Made by a program: the position numbers and the translations under genes. Below the pieces are notes generated by a model that had not been told where the DNA came from, made no database searches, and saw only the letters and a program-made list of their open reading frames with translations. Positions 39,824 through 53,880 of a stretch of DNA of 64,000 nt are shown one piece after another. The first letter of the stretch is position 1, and every line of letters starts with the position of its first letter. The DNA comes from Callorhinchus milii (lineage: Eukaryota). The DNA lies in contig NW_024704743.1 in the NCBI RefSeq assembly GCF_018977255.1, forward strand, positions 38,504,001 through 38,568,000, read 5' to 3'.

Positions 39824-40210
39824 AATAATAATAATCCTTGCAATTGATATAGCACCTTATTACATCTTCGAGACATCTCAAAGTGCTTCACAGAATGTAC
39901 TGTAAAGTGAATTGGCTGTATATTTTGTGGGCGAAACACAGCAGATGATTGCGCACAGCAGTGTCCCACAAACAGTCGTGGTCTGAGTGACCACATTTTT
40001 TATTTTTTTTATTATTGATTTTTTTTTAAGGTATTATTACTCCTGGTAAAGCAAACTACCAATCGACTAACAACCGTATTCCTACTTAATGCTAGGTGAA
40101 TAGAGGCGTGTGGAGTAAGGAAACTTGCCCAACATTTCACCCTGCAGGAAATCAAACCGAGGTCCTCTTGCTTGCGAGGCGAATGCTCTAACCACTAAGC
40201 TACAGAACTC
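39824..40210 (-). mobile_element. tRNA-derived SINE, long subfamily with an extra ~65-nt central segment
   Basis: Same head and tail as the short subfamily, plus CAATCGACTAACAACCGTATTCCTACTTAATGCTAGGTGAATAG. Confidence 0.85.
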
Positions 40211-41832
40211 AACGGAAAGTTCACAATTTGTTTATCTGCTGTGATATCCTTGCCCAATAAAAGGTTTATTGAAATCACAACAAGTTGTTTCAGGAATCAA
40301 TCCTGTTCCCTTGGAACACTATTTATTTTGGGTCTCACATTTGAGACTTTCCCCTTTAGCCTCAGGGATACCATATGGTATGGTTTGTGGGTAAACTGAT
40401 ATGTGAAATTTATTATCTTCGTTCTAAACCTGACGAAGAAGCATGGTGACTGCTGGAGTCGGCCAGATTTCTGCAATGGTGACTTTCAGGCATTTTAAGG
40501 GGGGGGGAAAGATTGTCAAAATCAGAACTAACGTTATATAGTACAAATATCAAAAGCATTCCTCATTTATTACAACCTATGGATTGTGCTCGTTCTATAC
40601 TTAAATTATTTTTCTCTAATTTATTTCCCTCTTGGCATTCCAAAAAGATTTTTTCGACATCCCCTCTCTTTATTTGGAAATAGTTGCACAAGTACCAGGG
40701 AATATTTCACTCAAGTTGTCATTATCTGTCTGTGAATCAAATGTTTGTTTACAGGCTGCGTGAAAGTAGGAGTCAGGAATGCACTTGGTAGCAGGAAAAA
40801 AACCTGGCTAATTTTGATTTCTTTAACCCTGATCAATGGCAGTGCTCCTTGCGCCAGCCAACTTGAGACAAGGGATGTTTTCCTGTGTGGCTCAGCATAG
40901 AATAAACTTATCCAGCCATTGGAGGAGACCTATACCAACCTTGATAGCCTGAAACAAATTTCACTTTCGATAAACAAACAGACCCTGCAGGATTCAGTGA
41001 TGGGTGCGCACAGGCAAAGTATCTGGGGGCAGAGATCATAAGTGCTGTTAACCTAATTCTCCTAAGAAGCTGTCGTTTTGCCTGGGAACTGAATCGAAAG
41101 TCGAGAGAACACAGACCAGCCATGAGCAGGCGAGACTGCAAAACCAGGGAGTATAGATATCTGCAGGACAGCTCAACCCTGAGAGAATGGTGTAATACAG
41201 TATAATCAATAGGCGGAGAGAGCACACAGGAAAGGTCTGCACAGATGTAAAGCAGGCTGAGACGGAGGTCAGGAATTGTGTGTAACGTGTGAGATTCCAG
41301 GCTGGGAACTGGAATGCTGTGTCACAGATTGGACCTGCGGGCGATCAGCAGCCTTCAGCTATATCCCCATCCAAACCTCCCAGAAACCCAGCGATAGAGC
41401 AACAAGGGCGGCCAGACATTAATATACGTTTGTAGCCCAAAGTCAACCAAAAATTCCAACCCCCTCCCCTCCCCCCAAAGCCCTCCCCTCCCCAAAGTAG
41501 CCCAATGTGATGCGTTGCCTGCTGTGGGGAGCAGAGTGGTCAATTTAGTTAAGTTTTTTTTAAAATAAATTATGTGAGAAAAGGTCTTCAGGGGGAGGGA
41601 AAGGGGGGCCTTTTTTGCAGGTCCAAATGATTTTTTTTTACACACACATGCAGTTACACAGAAACCCGCCCCAGTTGGACGTGAAGCCGCCCAATCTGAC
41701 AAGAGCTGAAGTCCCACCTCAGCCGCACCACAGACTGACAGTGGCCCCTTCACTTCACGCCCAATTGGGCGGCTTTCTCTTGTCCTACACGAGCGGGTAC
41801 CTGATTATAACATTTAAACCTGCAAAACACTT

Positions 41833-43330
41833 TCCCCCCACACACTGCCCCCCCACTCCCTCCCCCCCACACTGCCCCCCCACTCCCTCCCACACACACT
41901 GCCCCCCCACTCCCTCCCCCCCACACCCTCCCCCCACACTGCCCCCCCACTCCCTCCCACACACACTGCCCCCCCACTCCCTCCCACACACACTGCCCCC
42001 CCCACACTGTCCCCCCACTCCCTCCCCACCACACTCCTCCCCCCACACTCCCTCCCCCCACACTGCCCCCACTCCCTCCCCCCACACTGCCCCCCCACTC
42101 CCTCCCCCCACACTGCCCCCCACTCCCTCCCCCCACACTGCCCCCACTCCCTCCCCCCACACTGCCCCCCACTCCCTCCCACACACACTGCCCCCCACTC
42201 CCTCCCCCCACACTGCCCCCCACTCCCTCCCACACACACTGCCCCCACTCCCTCCCCCCCACACTGCCCCCACACTCCCTCCCCCCCACACTGCCCCCCA
42301 CTCCCTCCCCCCACACTGCCCCCCACACTGCCCCCCCACTCCCTCCCCCACTCCCTCCCCCACACTGCCCCCCCACTCCCTCCCACACCACTGCCCCCCA
42401 CACTGCCCCCCCACTCCTCCCACACACACTGCCCCCCCCACACTGCCCCCCACTCCCTCCCACACACTGCCCCCCCACACTGCCCCCCACTCCCTCCCCC
42501 ACACTGCCCCCCCACTCCCCTCCCCCCCACACTGCCCCCCCACTCCCCCCCCCACACTGCCCCCACTCCCTCCCCCCACACTGCCCCCCACTCCCTCCCC
42601 CACACTGCCCCCACTCCCTCCCCCACACTGCCCCACTCCCCCCACACTGCCCCCCCACTCCCTCCCCCCACACTGCCCCCCCCTCCTCCCCCACACACTG
42701 CCCCCCCCCACACTGCCCCCCTCCCACACACACTGCCCCCCCACTGCCCCCCACACTGCCCTCCCACTCCCCCCACACACTGCCCCCCACACTGCCCCCA
42801 CTCCCTCCCCACACACTGCCCCCCCACAACTGCCCCCCCACTCCCTCCCCCCACACTCCCCCCCCCACACTCCCCCCACCCCACTCCCCCCCCCCACACT
42901 GCCCCCCCCCAACTCCCCCACACTCCCCCCCCCCACACTGCCCCCCCCCACACCCCCCCCCCACCCCCCCCCCACACTCCCCCCCCTCCCCCCCACACTG
43001 CCCCACCCCACACCCCCCCCCCACACCCCCCCCCACACTCCCCCCCCACCCCTCCCCCCACCCCCCCCCCCCCCCCCCCCCCCACACCCCCCCCCCCCCC
43101 CCCTCCCCCCACTCCTCCCCCCACCCCCCCCCCCCACTCCCCCCCACTCCCCCCCACACTGCCCCCCCCACTCCCCCCCCACACTCACCCCACCCCACAC
43201 TCCCTCCCCCCCCACTGCCCCCCAACTCCCCCCACACACTGCCACCCCACACCTCCCCAATCCCTCCCCCCACACTGCCCCCCACACACACTGCCCCCCA
43301 CTCCCCCCCACACTGCCCCCCCCCCCCTCC
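41833..43330. repeat. C-rich minisatellite (unit ~CCCCCACACTGCCCCCCACTCCCT), G-rich on the ANKH sense strand
   Basis: Direct reading: dozens of CACACTGCCCCC / CACTCCCTCCC modules, degrading to near poly-C around 42850-43150. Confidence 0.95.
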
Positions 43331-43787
43331 CATTTGAAGACCTCAACCTCACGGGGTTTCAGAAGCACTGAGAACCCCATCACAGGCAGTGAAGCAGAGA
43401 CCGGGGCTCTGGTTGGGGGGGGGTTTGGGTTTACAAATTCATGTCCAGGTAAAGCCGCGACTCCGGGGCCATCGCTGCTCTCAGCCCCGAGCGGGGGCAC
43501 ACCGACAGGGACACCGAGACCCCCAGCCCCCCCTCCCCCCCTCCCCCCCCTCCCCTCTCATCTCCCCCCTCCTATCTCCCCCTCCCCTCCTATCTCCCCC
43601 TCCCCCTCCCATCTCCCCCCCTCCCCCCACCTCTCATCTCCCCCCCTCCCGTGGTAGTGGTGGTTGTGGATGGGTTACACGGTTCGCAGAGCCCCCCACA
43701 GCCTCTGTGTGTGTGTGTGTGTGTCATTGCTACAATGTCAGGTCTCTGATGGTCGACACCGCAGCCCCTCATACACCATCAGCAACA

Positions 43788-44150
43788 TGGGGGGGGGGGG
43801 CACCACACCCCCCCCCCCCACACACACACCACACACACCACCCCCCCACACACACACCCCCCACACCCCACACACACGACACACAACCCCCCCACACAAA
43901 CACCCCCCCACACACCCCCCCACACACACCCACACACACCACCCCCCACCCACAACACCCCCCCACACCCACCCACACACACCACACCACCCCCCCCACA
44001 CACACCACCCCACCCACACACCACCCCCCCCACACCCCCCCCACACCCACCACACCACAGACACACCACCCCCCTCCACACACACCACCCCCCCACACCC
44101 CCCCACACCCACACACCCCCCCCACCACAACCCCCCACACAGCCCCCACC
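43788..44150. repeat. C/A low-complexity array (CCACACACCC variants)
   Basis: Almost exclusively C and A over ~360 bp. Confidence 0.9.
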
Positions 44151-44159
44151 CAGAGCTCA

Positions 44160-44585
<426 letters not shown>

Positions 44586-44608
44586 TCAGCAACAGATCAA
44601 ATCCGGTT

Positions 44609-44686
44609 CTAGAAGAGCTGACGGTCCCTTTCCTCCCCGGACAATGCCGAGCCGCGGCCACCAGAAGTTTCTGTCGGCGTTGCCAT
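44609..44686 (-). other. Candidate 25-aa upstream ORF (MATPTETSGGRGSALSGEERDRQLF*)
   Basis: ATG in strong Kozak context (ACAATGG), TAG at 44611-44609. It is only a uORF if the transcript starts upstream of 44686. Confidence 0.45.
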
Positions 44687-44724
44687 TGTGAGAGCCTCTC
44701 TCGGTAAACAAGGTGAGGGGCGGG

Positions 44725-44918
44725 CAACAACAACAACAACAACAACAGGATCCCCCCACTCCCCACCTCCCTCCAAAATAATAATAATAATAATGATGAT
44801 GATGGTGATGATGATGCTGCAGCAGCTGCAGGTCGGGAGGTCGGGGCTGTGGGGAATGATGTGATGTATGTGCAGAGCCTCTGCTGCTGCTGCTGTTGGA
44901 GGAGGAGGAGGAGGAGGA
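44725..44918. repeat. Cluster of trinucleotide microsatellites: (CAA)7, (AAT)6, (GAT)n, (CTG)5, (GGA)7
   Basis: Direct reading at 44725, 44777, 44795, 44881 and 44898. Confidence 0.92.
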
Positions 44919-44994
44919 ATGATCGCACGGAAGCTCAGGGATGGCACACAGCTATGAGCTGAGACACCCACCAACACGTGGGGTTGGACACCGA

Positions 44995-45270
44995 CACCAA
45001 CCAACACGCCCAACCCAACCCCCCCCACCCAACCTCCACCCCAACCTCCACCCCCCCCCACCCAACCTCCAACCCAACCTCTAACCCAACCTCCAACCCC
45101 CCCCCCCACCCAACCTCTAACCCAACCTCCACCCCCCAACCCAACCTCCAACCCCCCCCAACCCCCCCCCCCAACCTCCAACTCCCCCCACCCAACCCTC
45201 TCCCCCACCCAACCTCCACCCCCCCCCACCCAACCTCCAACCCCCCCCAACCCAACCCCCTCCCCCCACA
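44995..45270. repeat. CCCAACCTCCA-type tandem array upstream of exon 1
   Basis: Repeated CCCAACCTC(C/T)A(A/C) units separated by C runs. Confidence 0.9.
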
Positions 45271-46507
45271 AGCTGCCTCTTCCCTTCAGTCAGCACTGAC
45301 TCACTCACTGACTGATTCCTTTGGCGTTCCTTACAGAGAAGGGGAGAGGCTGGGAATCTCCTGCTCCGCACAATCAGCCCAGTCTTTACCCCGACTCCCC
45401 GACGCTGTTCTGTCTTGACGTTTTAAGATTGCGCCCCCCCGCCCGCCCGCCCGCCCGCGTGGTGGTGGTGGTGGTGGTGGTGGAAAGTCCTGACACTTGA
45501 CCCGAATCTGAAGCGTCTCGAAATCTTCCATATTAAGACAGTTGTTGAGTGGGTTCACGCAAATCTCTGCAATCTCAAGTATTAAGATAAAATAACATTT
45601 TCCTGCTACTGTGATACACAGTCGCTGCACTTCACGGAAAGCTCTGTGAAGCGATTTGAGGTGTTGAGACCCGATAAAGTGCTGTATTAAACACAAGGAT
45701 TATTATTAAGATGGTTTTACGGGCTAAGACTAGCTTGAATTCCGGGCGCTATTACCAAACATTTCCAAGAAATGGTAACAAACTTTCAACATTCCTGAAA
45801 ATTGCTTCTGAGAAACATGATTTGGGATTGCATTAACAAAATTGCCAATGCACCCACAATATATAATTTAAAGTTCATGTTAAGCTGCGTAAAGATAAAT
45901 GGGACTGAAAGAATGCCAGCATAGACACGATGGGCCAAATGACCTTGTGTGCTGTAAATTTCTATGGTTCCAGTTCATACAGGGTTACAGTTAATCATTT
46001 AATGTCTGTATACATACCCATCCACATAACCTTCCCGAGACCTGTTGCGTACAATCTGCCTATTACCATGGGGAAGAGTTAGAGATATGATTTGTAAAAT
46101 TCATGATAAATTATGCAGGAATATTGTTTTCAATCGAATAAAGAAGTAATAGCTGTTGATTTAGACTGACCAGCGAAAGGAAGAAAATGTGTCCCCCAAG
46201 AATTGAAAGAAATAAGATTTTCATTGTTGTAAAGAAGGACATGAAAGCGATCAAGGTGTTGTCATTTAACCAATGCAGAGCGATGAAGGTTGAGTCCACT
46301 GAGTAGGCAACCTGAAGGAAGTTAAGTGTAGAGTGGACTGTTGGTAGAAGTGACCAAGTTGGATGATTTGTGAAGAAAAAAGAATAAGATTGCGAGAGCT
46401 TCTGGGAAGCAGAAGTCATGAAAGTAAGTGGAGTGCTTACCCCTCTCTTGTCGAGCTGGGGATTGGGATGGGGGAGGGTGGCTCGGTCTTTTCTTGTGCA
46501 GCCACTC

Positions 46508-46603
46508 GCACAGTGTGTAGTGCAATCTATCACACAGTTTGTTGTGCAGTCTATCACACAGTCTATCATGCAGTCTATCACAGAGTTTACGACATAGTCT
46601 ATT
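46508..46603. repeat. Degenerate 12-bp tandem repeat (CAGTCTATCACA), ~8 units
   Basis: Direct reading; abuts the 5' end of the L2. Confidence 0.7.
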
Positions 46604-46604
46604 G

Positions 46605-48436
46605 ATGCCTCGCCCATCCTCTCCTCAAACGCCAGGAGGAGATGCTGGACTTCTTCGAATCCAAAATCAAGGGAATACGTTCAGCCACCTCTGCCCTGTC
46701 CCCTGCCACCCCCACATCACCTCTCCCTCATGAGCCACCTCCCACCCATCCCCCCCTATACTCCTACAACTCAATCCCTCCTCTCCCACTGCCATCGTTT
46801 GCAAACTTAAACACACCACCTGCTCCCTCGATCCCATCCCCACCTCTCTCTTCATCTCCCAGCTCCAACTTCTGGCCCCTCTCCTGTCCGATGTCATCAA
46901 CCTCTCCTTGTCCACCGGTTCAGTTCCCACCCCCTAAAAACAGCCGTCATCACCCCCATCCTGAAAAAACCTCCCCTGGACCCATCCCTCCTCTCCAGCT
47001 ATCGCCCCATCTCTAACCTCCCATTCCTCTCCAAGGTCCTGGAACGAGTCGTTGCGTCCGAGCTCCGCTCCTTTCTTTCTCGCCATTCCCTCTTTGAACC
47101 CTTCAAATCGAGCTTCCGCGCTGCCCACAGCATGGAAACAACCCTGGTCAAATTCACGAATGACATCCTGAACATCTGCGATCAGGGCTCCCACTGCCTC
47201 CTTGACCTCCTCGACCTCTCTTCTGCCTTCGACACTGTCGACCATTCTATCCTCCTACACCGCCTCTCCTCTTTACTTAACCTTCGCGGACCTGCCGTCG
47301 CCTGGATCGAATCCTATCTCTCACTATCTCCACTTTGTTGTCTCTAACGGTTTCTCCTCCAGCCCCCGCACTGTCATGTCTGGCGTCCCCCAGAGCTCTG
47401 TCCTTGGCCCTCTCCTCATTAATATCTACATGTTCCCCAATGGTGACATCATCCGCAGACATGGGGTCAACTTCCATATGTATGCAGATGACACCCAACT
47501 CTATCTTTCTGCCTTCACCCTCAACTCCAGGACCACTGCTGTCCTGACAGACTGTCTGTCGGACATCAAGTCCTGGATGAGGGCAAATTTCCTACAGTTG
47601 AATGTGAACAAGACTGAGGCCCTCCTGGTTGGCTCGCGCCAGCGCCTCAGCACCTCAGGCTCTGGCAGCATCAACCTCCATGGTTGCACACTACAACTCA
47701 CCAAGTCAGTCAGGAACCTCGGTGACTTGTTCAACCCTCAACTGTCTTTTCTCTCCCACATTCAAGCCATGACCCGCTCTGCCTTCCCTCAACTCCGTAA
47801 CATCATCTGACTCGGCCACTACCTCACCCCTCAGGCCGCTGAAACTCTTGTTCATGCCTTCATCACTTCCAGGCTTGACTATACAAATGCCCTGCTTGTC
47901 GGCCTTCCCAACTCCTCCTTCCACGGGCTGCAGATAATCCAGAACTCTGCAGCCCGTGTCCTCTCCCGCACCAAACTCTGCGACTCCATCTCCCCCATTC
48001 TCACCCGACTCCATTGGCTCTCCATCCTTCAGAGGATCCAGTTCAAGATCCTGGTCCTCACCTACAAAGCCCTCCATGGCCTCGACCATCCTACCTCTGC
48101 AAACTCCTAATCCCCTACCAACCCAAATGCTCCCTCCGCTCAGCCGGCTCTGGCCTGCTCCTCGTCCCCCGACCCACCCGCCCTACTATTGGCTTGAGAG
48201 CCTTCAGCCACTCTGCCCCCAACCTCTGGAATTCCATCCCCCAATCACTCCGCCTCGCCCCCTCCTTCAAGTCCCGCCTAAAAACCCTCCTCTTGGACCA
48301 TGCTATCGGTCAAACCCCTTCCCCTCTCCTCCCTTCTCCCTCCCTGACCCCAGCTCGGGTCTGAAATGCTGTACACTGACCAGCTCCTTGGGACATCCTT
48401 GTAACATAAAAGGCGCTATAAAAATGTAATATTGTT
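46605..48436 (+). mobile_element. L2 LINE, 5'-truncated ~1.8 kb, disabled ORF2 reverse transcriptase
   Basis: Motifs [42 protein letters not shown] (47481-47492), LQLNVNKTE and FITSRLDY. Frameshift near 47325, TGA at 47808-47810, tail AAAGGCGCTATAAAAATGTAAT. Confidence 0.95.
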
Positions 48437-51400
48437 TGCAGTTTATTACACCGTCTGTTGCTTAGCTCATTGTGCAGCCTGTTGTGTAAATAGTTTTGGA
48501 GTTGGTGTATTCACTGAAACGTAGAATTATACAGCACAGAAGGAGACCATTCAGCCATCGTGTCTGTGCTGGCTCTTTAAAAAGAGCTATCCAAATCAAT
48601 CCCGCTCCCCCGTTCTCTCTCCATAGCCCTGCAAACTTGTCCTCCCCAAATTATCCAGTACTGTTGCATTGTCTGTCATACAGCATGCAGTTCTGTTGGA
48701 CTTGACATTTTGCCCACTCAATACAGCTTCTACTCTCCAGGAGTGAAGGGGTGACATATTTTGATGTATGTTCTCTCAGAAATATGAATACTTAGTCCAA
48801 TATGTTTAAGTTGGTTTTCCATTGATTACGCTCCACATTGCCACCCTTTACTATCCCTAGTGCCACTCTTTATTATCTTCAGGTTCATTCTGAACATTTC
48901 CATGACGTTGAAAGCTCCACAGTGGTGTGAGATTTAGTATAACAATAGCTGTTTACTCACACTCCTGTTATGCTGCAGTATGCTGTAAGTTAAATTAGTT
49001 GGCAGTGCTCCCCGCAGTGACACAGAGCATCAGTTTTAGAAGCGTTGTTTTTGCTGTTGCAATGCAGCTGGAAGGAACATAAATACTGCTAGTCTTAAGA
49101 CCATTGTCTTAAAATTTGAAGCCATGTAGAGTTTTGGGAAATTATTGAATTCATTTAAAAACTGGGGAAAACTAGCTTCCAACCTGACTGAATTAAGAAT
49201 GTATTATTTTTTTAAGGCAAGTTTAACACTATGAAAATCATTGGTCTTTAGAGACCATGGGTTGCCCTAGTTGCCAGTAAAGTTTTTTTCCAGCATACTA
49301 AAACTATGTGCCCCTGTCAGAACATTTTTAAGCATTAATGTTAGAATCCAGTGGAGAATAACTTTGAAGGACAAATATTCTGGTGGGGAATATGTATTTG
49401 CTGTACTACTGATGTTATTAATGGGTTCCATCCAGTATAATGCTAAAGTGGTTTGCAATTTTCCAGTGAAATACTGCATGTAAGTTGCATGATTTTTCAT
49501 TGGATCAATACAATTCATTTTAGTCAGCTGGGTATCTGATACATATGAAAACACAGCATCAGGCTTAAGGAAATCCAAACCAGACTGAGAGTTCCACCTG
49601 TATATGCCCCCTACACATGGACATTTTCCTTTGTCTGGAATGGAATACAGACACATTCCCTGGAAGGATGCATCCTGCTTATGATTCTTAAGAGTACCTG
49701 GTTGATAAGAGCTAAGTCCTGGGAACCTAGAATGTGTGGTGGAATTTAACAAGTTAAAACTGAATTAACACTGCTTGCCATTGAGAGCGCTGACTGGCAA
49801 GCTTCCCGCTGCTTATACAGCCGTCTTATCCATTAGAGCTTTGTCTTGCAGGAAAGTATCTTGCCTCTGACTTATCTGCTCCTCCAAATGCAGGATCTGA
49901 AATATTGTAATCCTTGCTCAGGAATGGACTACGAGACTGCCTCAGAGGTTTGACTCATTTCCAACATTCCATTGTCTGGCATGGCACCTTGGAGTCAGCT
50001 CTGCTCCAAGGACACACATTCCTACCCATTGAACGATAGCCTTCCAGCAGCCAACCCAAGCCTCAGAGTTTCCTTATCAGCTTTTTGACAAGCGCTATTT
50101 GGGGTGGGAGGACCTGTACAGGGCCCTTTGTGATGTGCCAACCACCTTGATGTTTTAGACCATGTTTTAATCACAGTGTTGTGATCAAAAAGGCAGGAGG
50201 AAGGAGCAAAAGAGGCTGCATTGTGATTGAGTTAAATTGAACACGAAGCCAGATGCCTAAATTATTTCAAGCAATTGAAAATAAACATACAAACTTTAAT
50301 GTTAAAACTTCGGTAAGTATCTCTTGCTTTTATTGAGCATGCGAGAGACGCTACCTAGCAGCAATCGACCGGTTGGAAATCTCTGTTCTAGAGGTTCAGG
50401 TCCAATGCCACTTACCACCCTTACTCAACACTAACTGCTTGATCCATGTCCTCATGGCATTTTGACGTGTCGGATGTTAATCTGGCTCTGCGTCTAGAGG
50501 GTTGAGTGATGGGTCAGTGTCAGGTGGCTTCCCTCTATACAGCCACTTCCTTTTTTTCAACGACAAATCTACCTTCCTCTTGGTTCTGGACATCACAAAT
50601 GGGCCAAAGGAAACTCCTCTGCTGCATGCCCAGAAGCTCAGAACCATGAAGAAGAATTGTTTGAACATACATCTTACATGGGACTTAACCTGCTTTGTGA
50701 CATTGCTGTCAATAAAGAGAGATGAGAATGATCAGAGTGACCCTCATGACCATTTGAACAACATAATAAGGTTCTATATCAAATGCAAGGATTATTATTA
50801 GTTACGTTTTTATCAATTATGTTGCATCTTTTCGCTGTGACAAATATTTTTGACATAAATTTTTTTTAACCCCATTTCCCCAGTTGCATTTTGGTCAGAT
50901 GGTGAAAAATAATTCAGTGTACTAGGGATTTGAGGCCTGACATTTCTTTTGGCTTGAGGTTGTTGTATTAAAATGTGCAGAATTTTGGAAATTCAGTCTC
51001 ACTGAGCTGGTTTTCAGTTGTTAAAAAGAACTGGAGAGGCTTCCAAATTAAAACTGAATTCAAGAAATTTCCAAAATGCTGCACCATCTTACATTGTAAG
51101 ACAATTGTCTCAAGGTTGGGACCATGAGAAATTTCAGTTGGTTTGATACAAGAGCAACAACTTGTCTTTATGTAGTGCCCTTCACGAAATGTAGAACCTC
51201 AGAGCGCTTCCAGTGGGGGGGAACTTGACATCGAGCCGAGGAGAGGTGAGTTAACCACGGTCGAAGAGGAAGATTTAGGTGTGATCTCAAGATGGGTAAG
51301 GAGGTGCAAGGCAGAGGGACTTACTTTCCTTTTTTCATAGATGCTGTCTGACCTGCTGAGTGCTCCCAGCCACTTCTGTTTTTGTTTTCAGATTTCCAGC

Positions 51401-53559
51401 AATTGCAGTAGTTTGTGTTTTGTAAAATTAATGATGGTGTTGTCAGAATTGTGACTTTAATATCTGGGTCATTGTATGAAAGAATGTCACTACATCAAAT
51501 CCTGAAAATGAACCAATATAAATTGTGCCAAAGATCCTTTCTGGTTTGAGCAGAATAATGCACTACAGCAGTTCTTAAATAATTCAATAAAATCAACTAA
51601 CGTAATACTGAAGTTCCTAATGTGGTTGAAATTGGGAACTGGTTAGTAGAACTATAATGTTGACAGCAGAGGAATGGGGAAGGAGCGGAACCCAAGGCCT
51701 TTCTAAATTAATTCCGCGCATTATTTAATGAAACCATATAATGTTGCCCAGAATATATGATGAGGAAGCAGTTTAATTCTTCTGACAGGAGGAAAAATAC
51801 TCTTGCAAGCTGGAGTTCTCCACTCTATCACAAGAACGCGTCTCAAAGCATCAGCAAAGGAATATCTTTGTGTGTCACCTGATTTAATTTACCATCAGAA
51901 AGAAAACATGGTCAGTTTACCTTCCCCTGTGAAGTGATATTTGAACAGGATAACGCTTTACCTCTGGAAGCTTGGTTCCAACTTCCTGACAAACAGCACA
52001 CCTGAACCACACCACCACTAAACAGAAGACCATAGCTGTTGCCAGTGGTGATGATAACTGTTCCAGGGTATTTCAATAATATTCTTTGCATTTAATATAG
52101 TGCCTATAATGTTGAAATGTCTCAGAGCACTTTATAATACAATACAATTTTTTTGAGGGATTATTACCCCTGGAAAGTTTCTGTTCACTGCCTGGGAACA
52201 CGGGTCATGTGGAATAAGGAAACTTGCCTAAGGTTTTGCCCTGCCTGAGAATCGAACCCGGGTCCTCTCGGGTGCGAGGCAATTGCTCTAACCAATGTGC
52301 TACAGGACTCTACAATTTAAATCAGCTGCCTACTGCTTTAATGTGTTCGGTTGGTAAAACGGGGTTCAGACTTGAAGTTGTGAGTTGTCTCATGGTCTGT
52401 TTGACACCCCGATGCAGTGCCGGAGAGTGCTATATTGTTGAAAGTACTGTTCTTCAGATGAGATATTAAACTGAAGTCCTGTTTATCTGTTGAGGTGAAT
52501 GTTAGTTACGCTATTTGAAAAGAGAAGGGTATATGACCTGGCCTACAATCCTCCAGATAAATTGGTCATTCATGTCATGGCTGTTTGCGGGACATTGCTG
52601 TGCTTAAATTGGGTGCCGTGTTTTCCTACAATACTGTAATTTCACTGCAATTTATCAAAAATGGTGAAGTGCTTTATTATTAATAACTTAGTTCAAACCT
52701 TGGGCTGAATAATACATGTAAAAGTTAATTATAAATCAGTAAATGAGATTCTTCCACTCTCCATCGTGAGCTGGAAAGCCATGTTGGTGTTAAACATCTT
52801 GAGTTGCGCAGAAAAAAATAAATATTTCCTGAACTTCAATAACCTTCGCGGCTTACTGTTGGTGAGTACATTATATATTGTAAATGTTTTTACATCCACT
52901 TTTCACATTGCCTGTACCTGACAGCCACATTGCATACCGTCCTCGCGATTCTTATTTAAATGATAGAAATAACCTCTTTCAGTCTCAATAAATTTATTCG
53001 GTGAGTCACTGACCCATGCAGATCGAACGGTAGGTTCAAGATTTAATTCTTGGTTTGCGCTGTCTCAGCTGGAATGGAACTAAGGACACCACTATAGTTG
53101 AATGTGGGATGTAGTTGATCGCAGGACACTATAGTTGACACAGGATCCTGATCGCTAAACTGTGACCATTTCTGCAGGTATACAAGTCAGAATAGCTGGT
53201 AAGGACAGGTTGATTGTGACCCTCACCCCCCCCTTCCCCCATCCTACACACACACACATCAGATGTTTTAAAATTCTGTCAACGCTCACTGTTTTCAGTG
53301 TTCAGGCAAACATACCCCAGGAAAAATCATCAGCTTCAGGAAAGGAGGAAGGACAATATAGGTAATGTTTTTTTTCAAAAAAGAACTTGGCAAATGTTTA
53401 GGTTTGGCAAGGAAAAAGTGGCAGAAATGCTGTGAATATAATTCTGTGAGAATGAATCATGCATTTTTCTGATGTACTGATAGTTCAACACACATGTTTT
53501 GTCTATTTTAATCAAAGGAAAAATTAACAACATATGGTTTCATGAAGACAATGACCTCT

Positions 53560-53880
53560 TTTAAACCTAACAATATTTAAATGGGATTGACAAAGAATCT
53601 GTTTAAACCAGATCAATACTTTAGGATGTATCAAAACAGTGGACCAAAAGGTCATGGATTTAGTGTTGTAAAGGGCAATTTCAGCACAGATACCAGGATG
53701 ACCATTTTCTATATTCTTAGAGTCATCAAAAACTGGAACAAGTTGCCAAGAAAGTTGGTAGAGGCCAGGACACTGGATTTGTTTAAAAAGCAGCTTGATG
53801 CAGTGGTGGAGAGATGGTATGGTGGGTGTTCTGGAAGAATGAGATCGAATGGGCCTAAGGACCTTCTTCATTCAAATCGA
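53560..53880 (+). mobile_element. Old CR1-clade 3' fragment (others at ~20170-20480, 29240-29520, 37160-37380 and 54720-54885)
   Basis: Peptide KGHGF...RVIKNWNKLPRKLVEARTLDLFKKQLD. Confidence 0.75.

Noticed and set aside
41615..43657. 680-aa Pro/His/Thr-rich ORF and the overlapping Gly-rich antisense ORFs (456-571 aa)
   Set aside because: Products of a stop-poor C-rich minisatellite that is open in several frames on both strands. Not an extensin, mucin or keratin-associated gene.
46111..46617. 168-aa ORF with repeated VIDC motifs
   Set aside because: The periodicity comes from the 12-bp tandem repeat; no recognisable domain or splice support.
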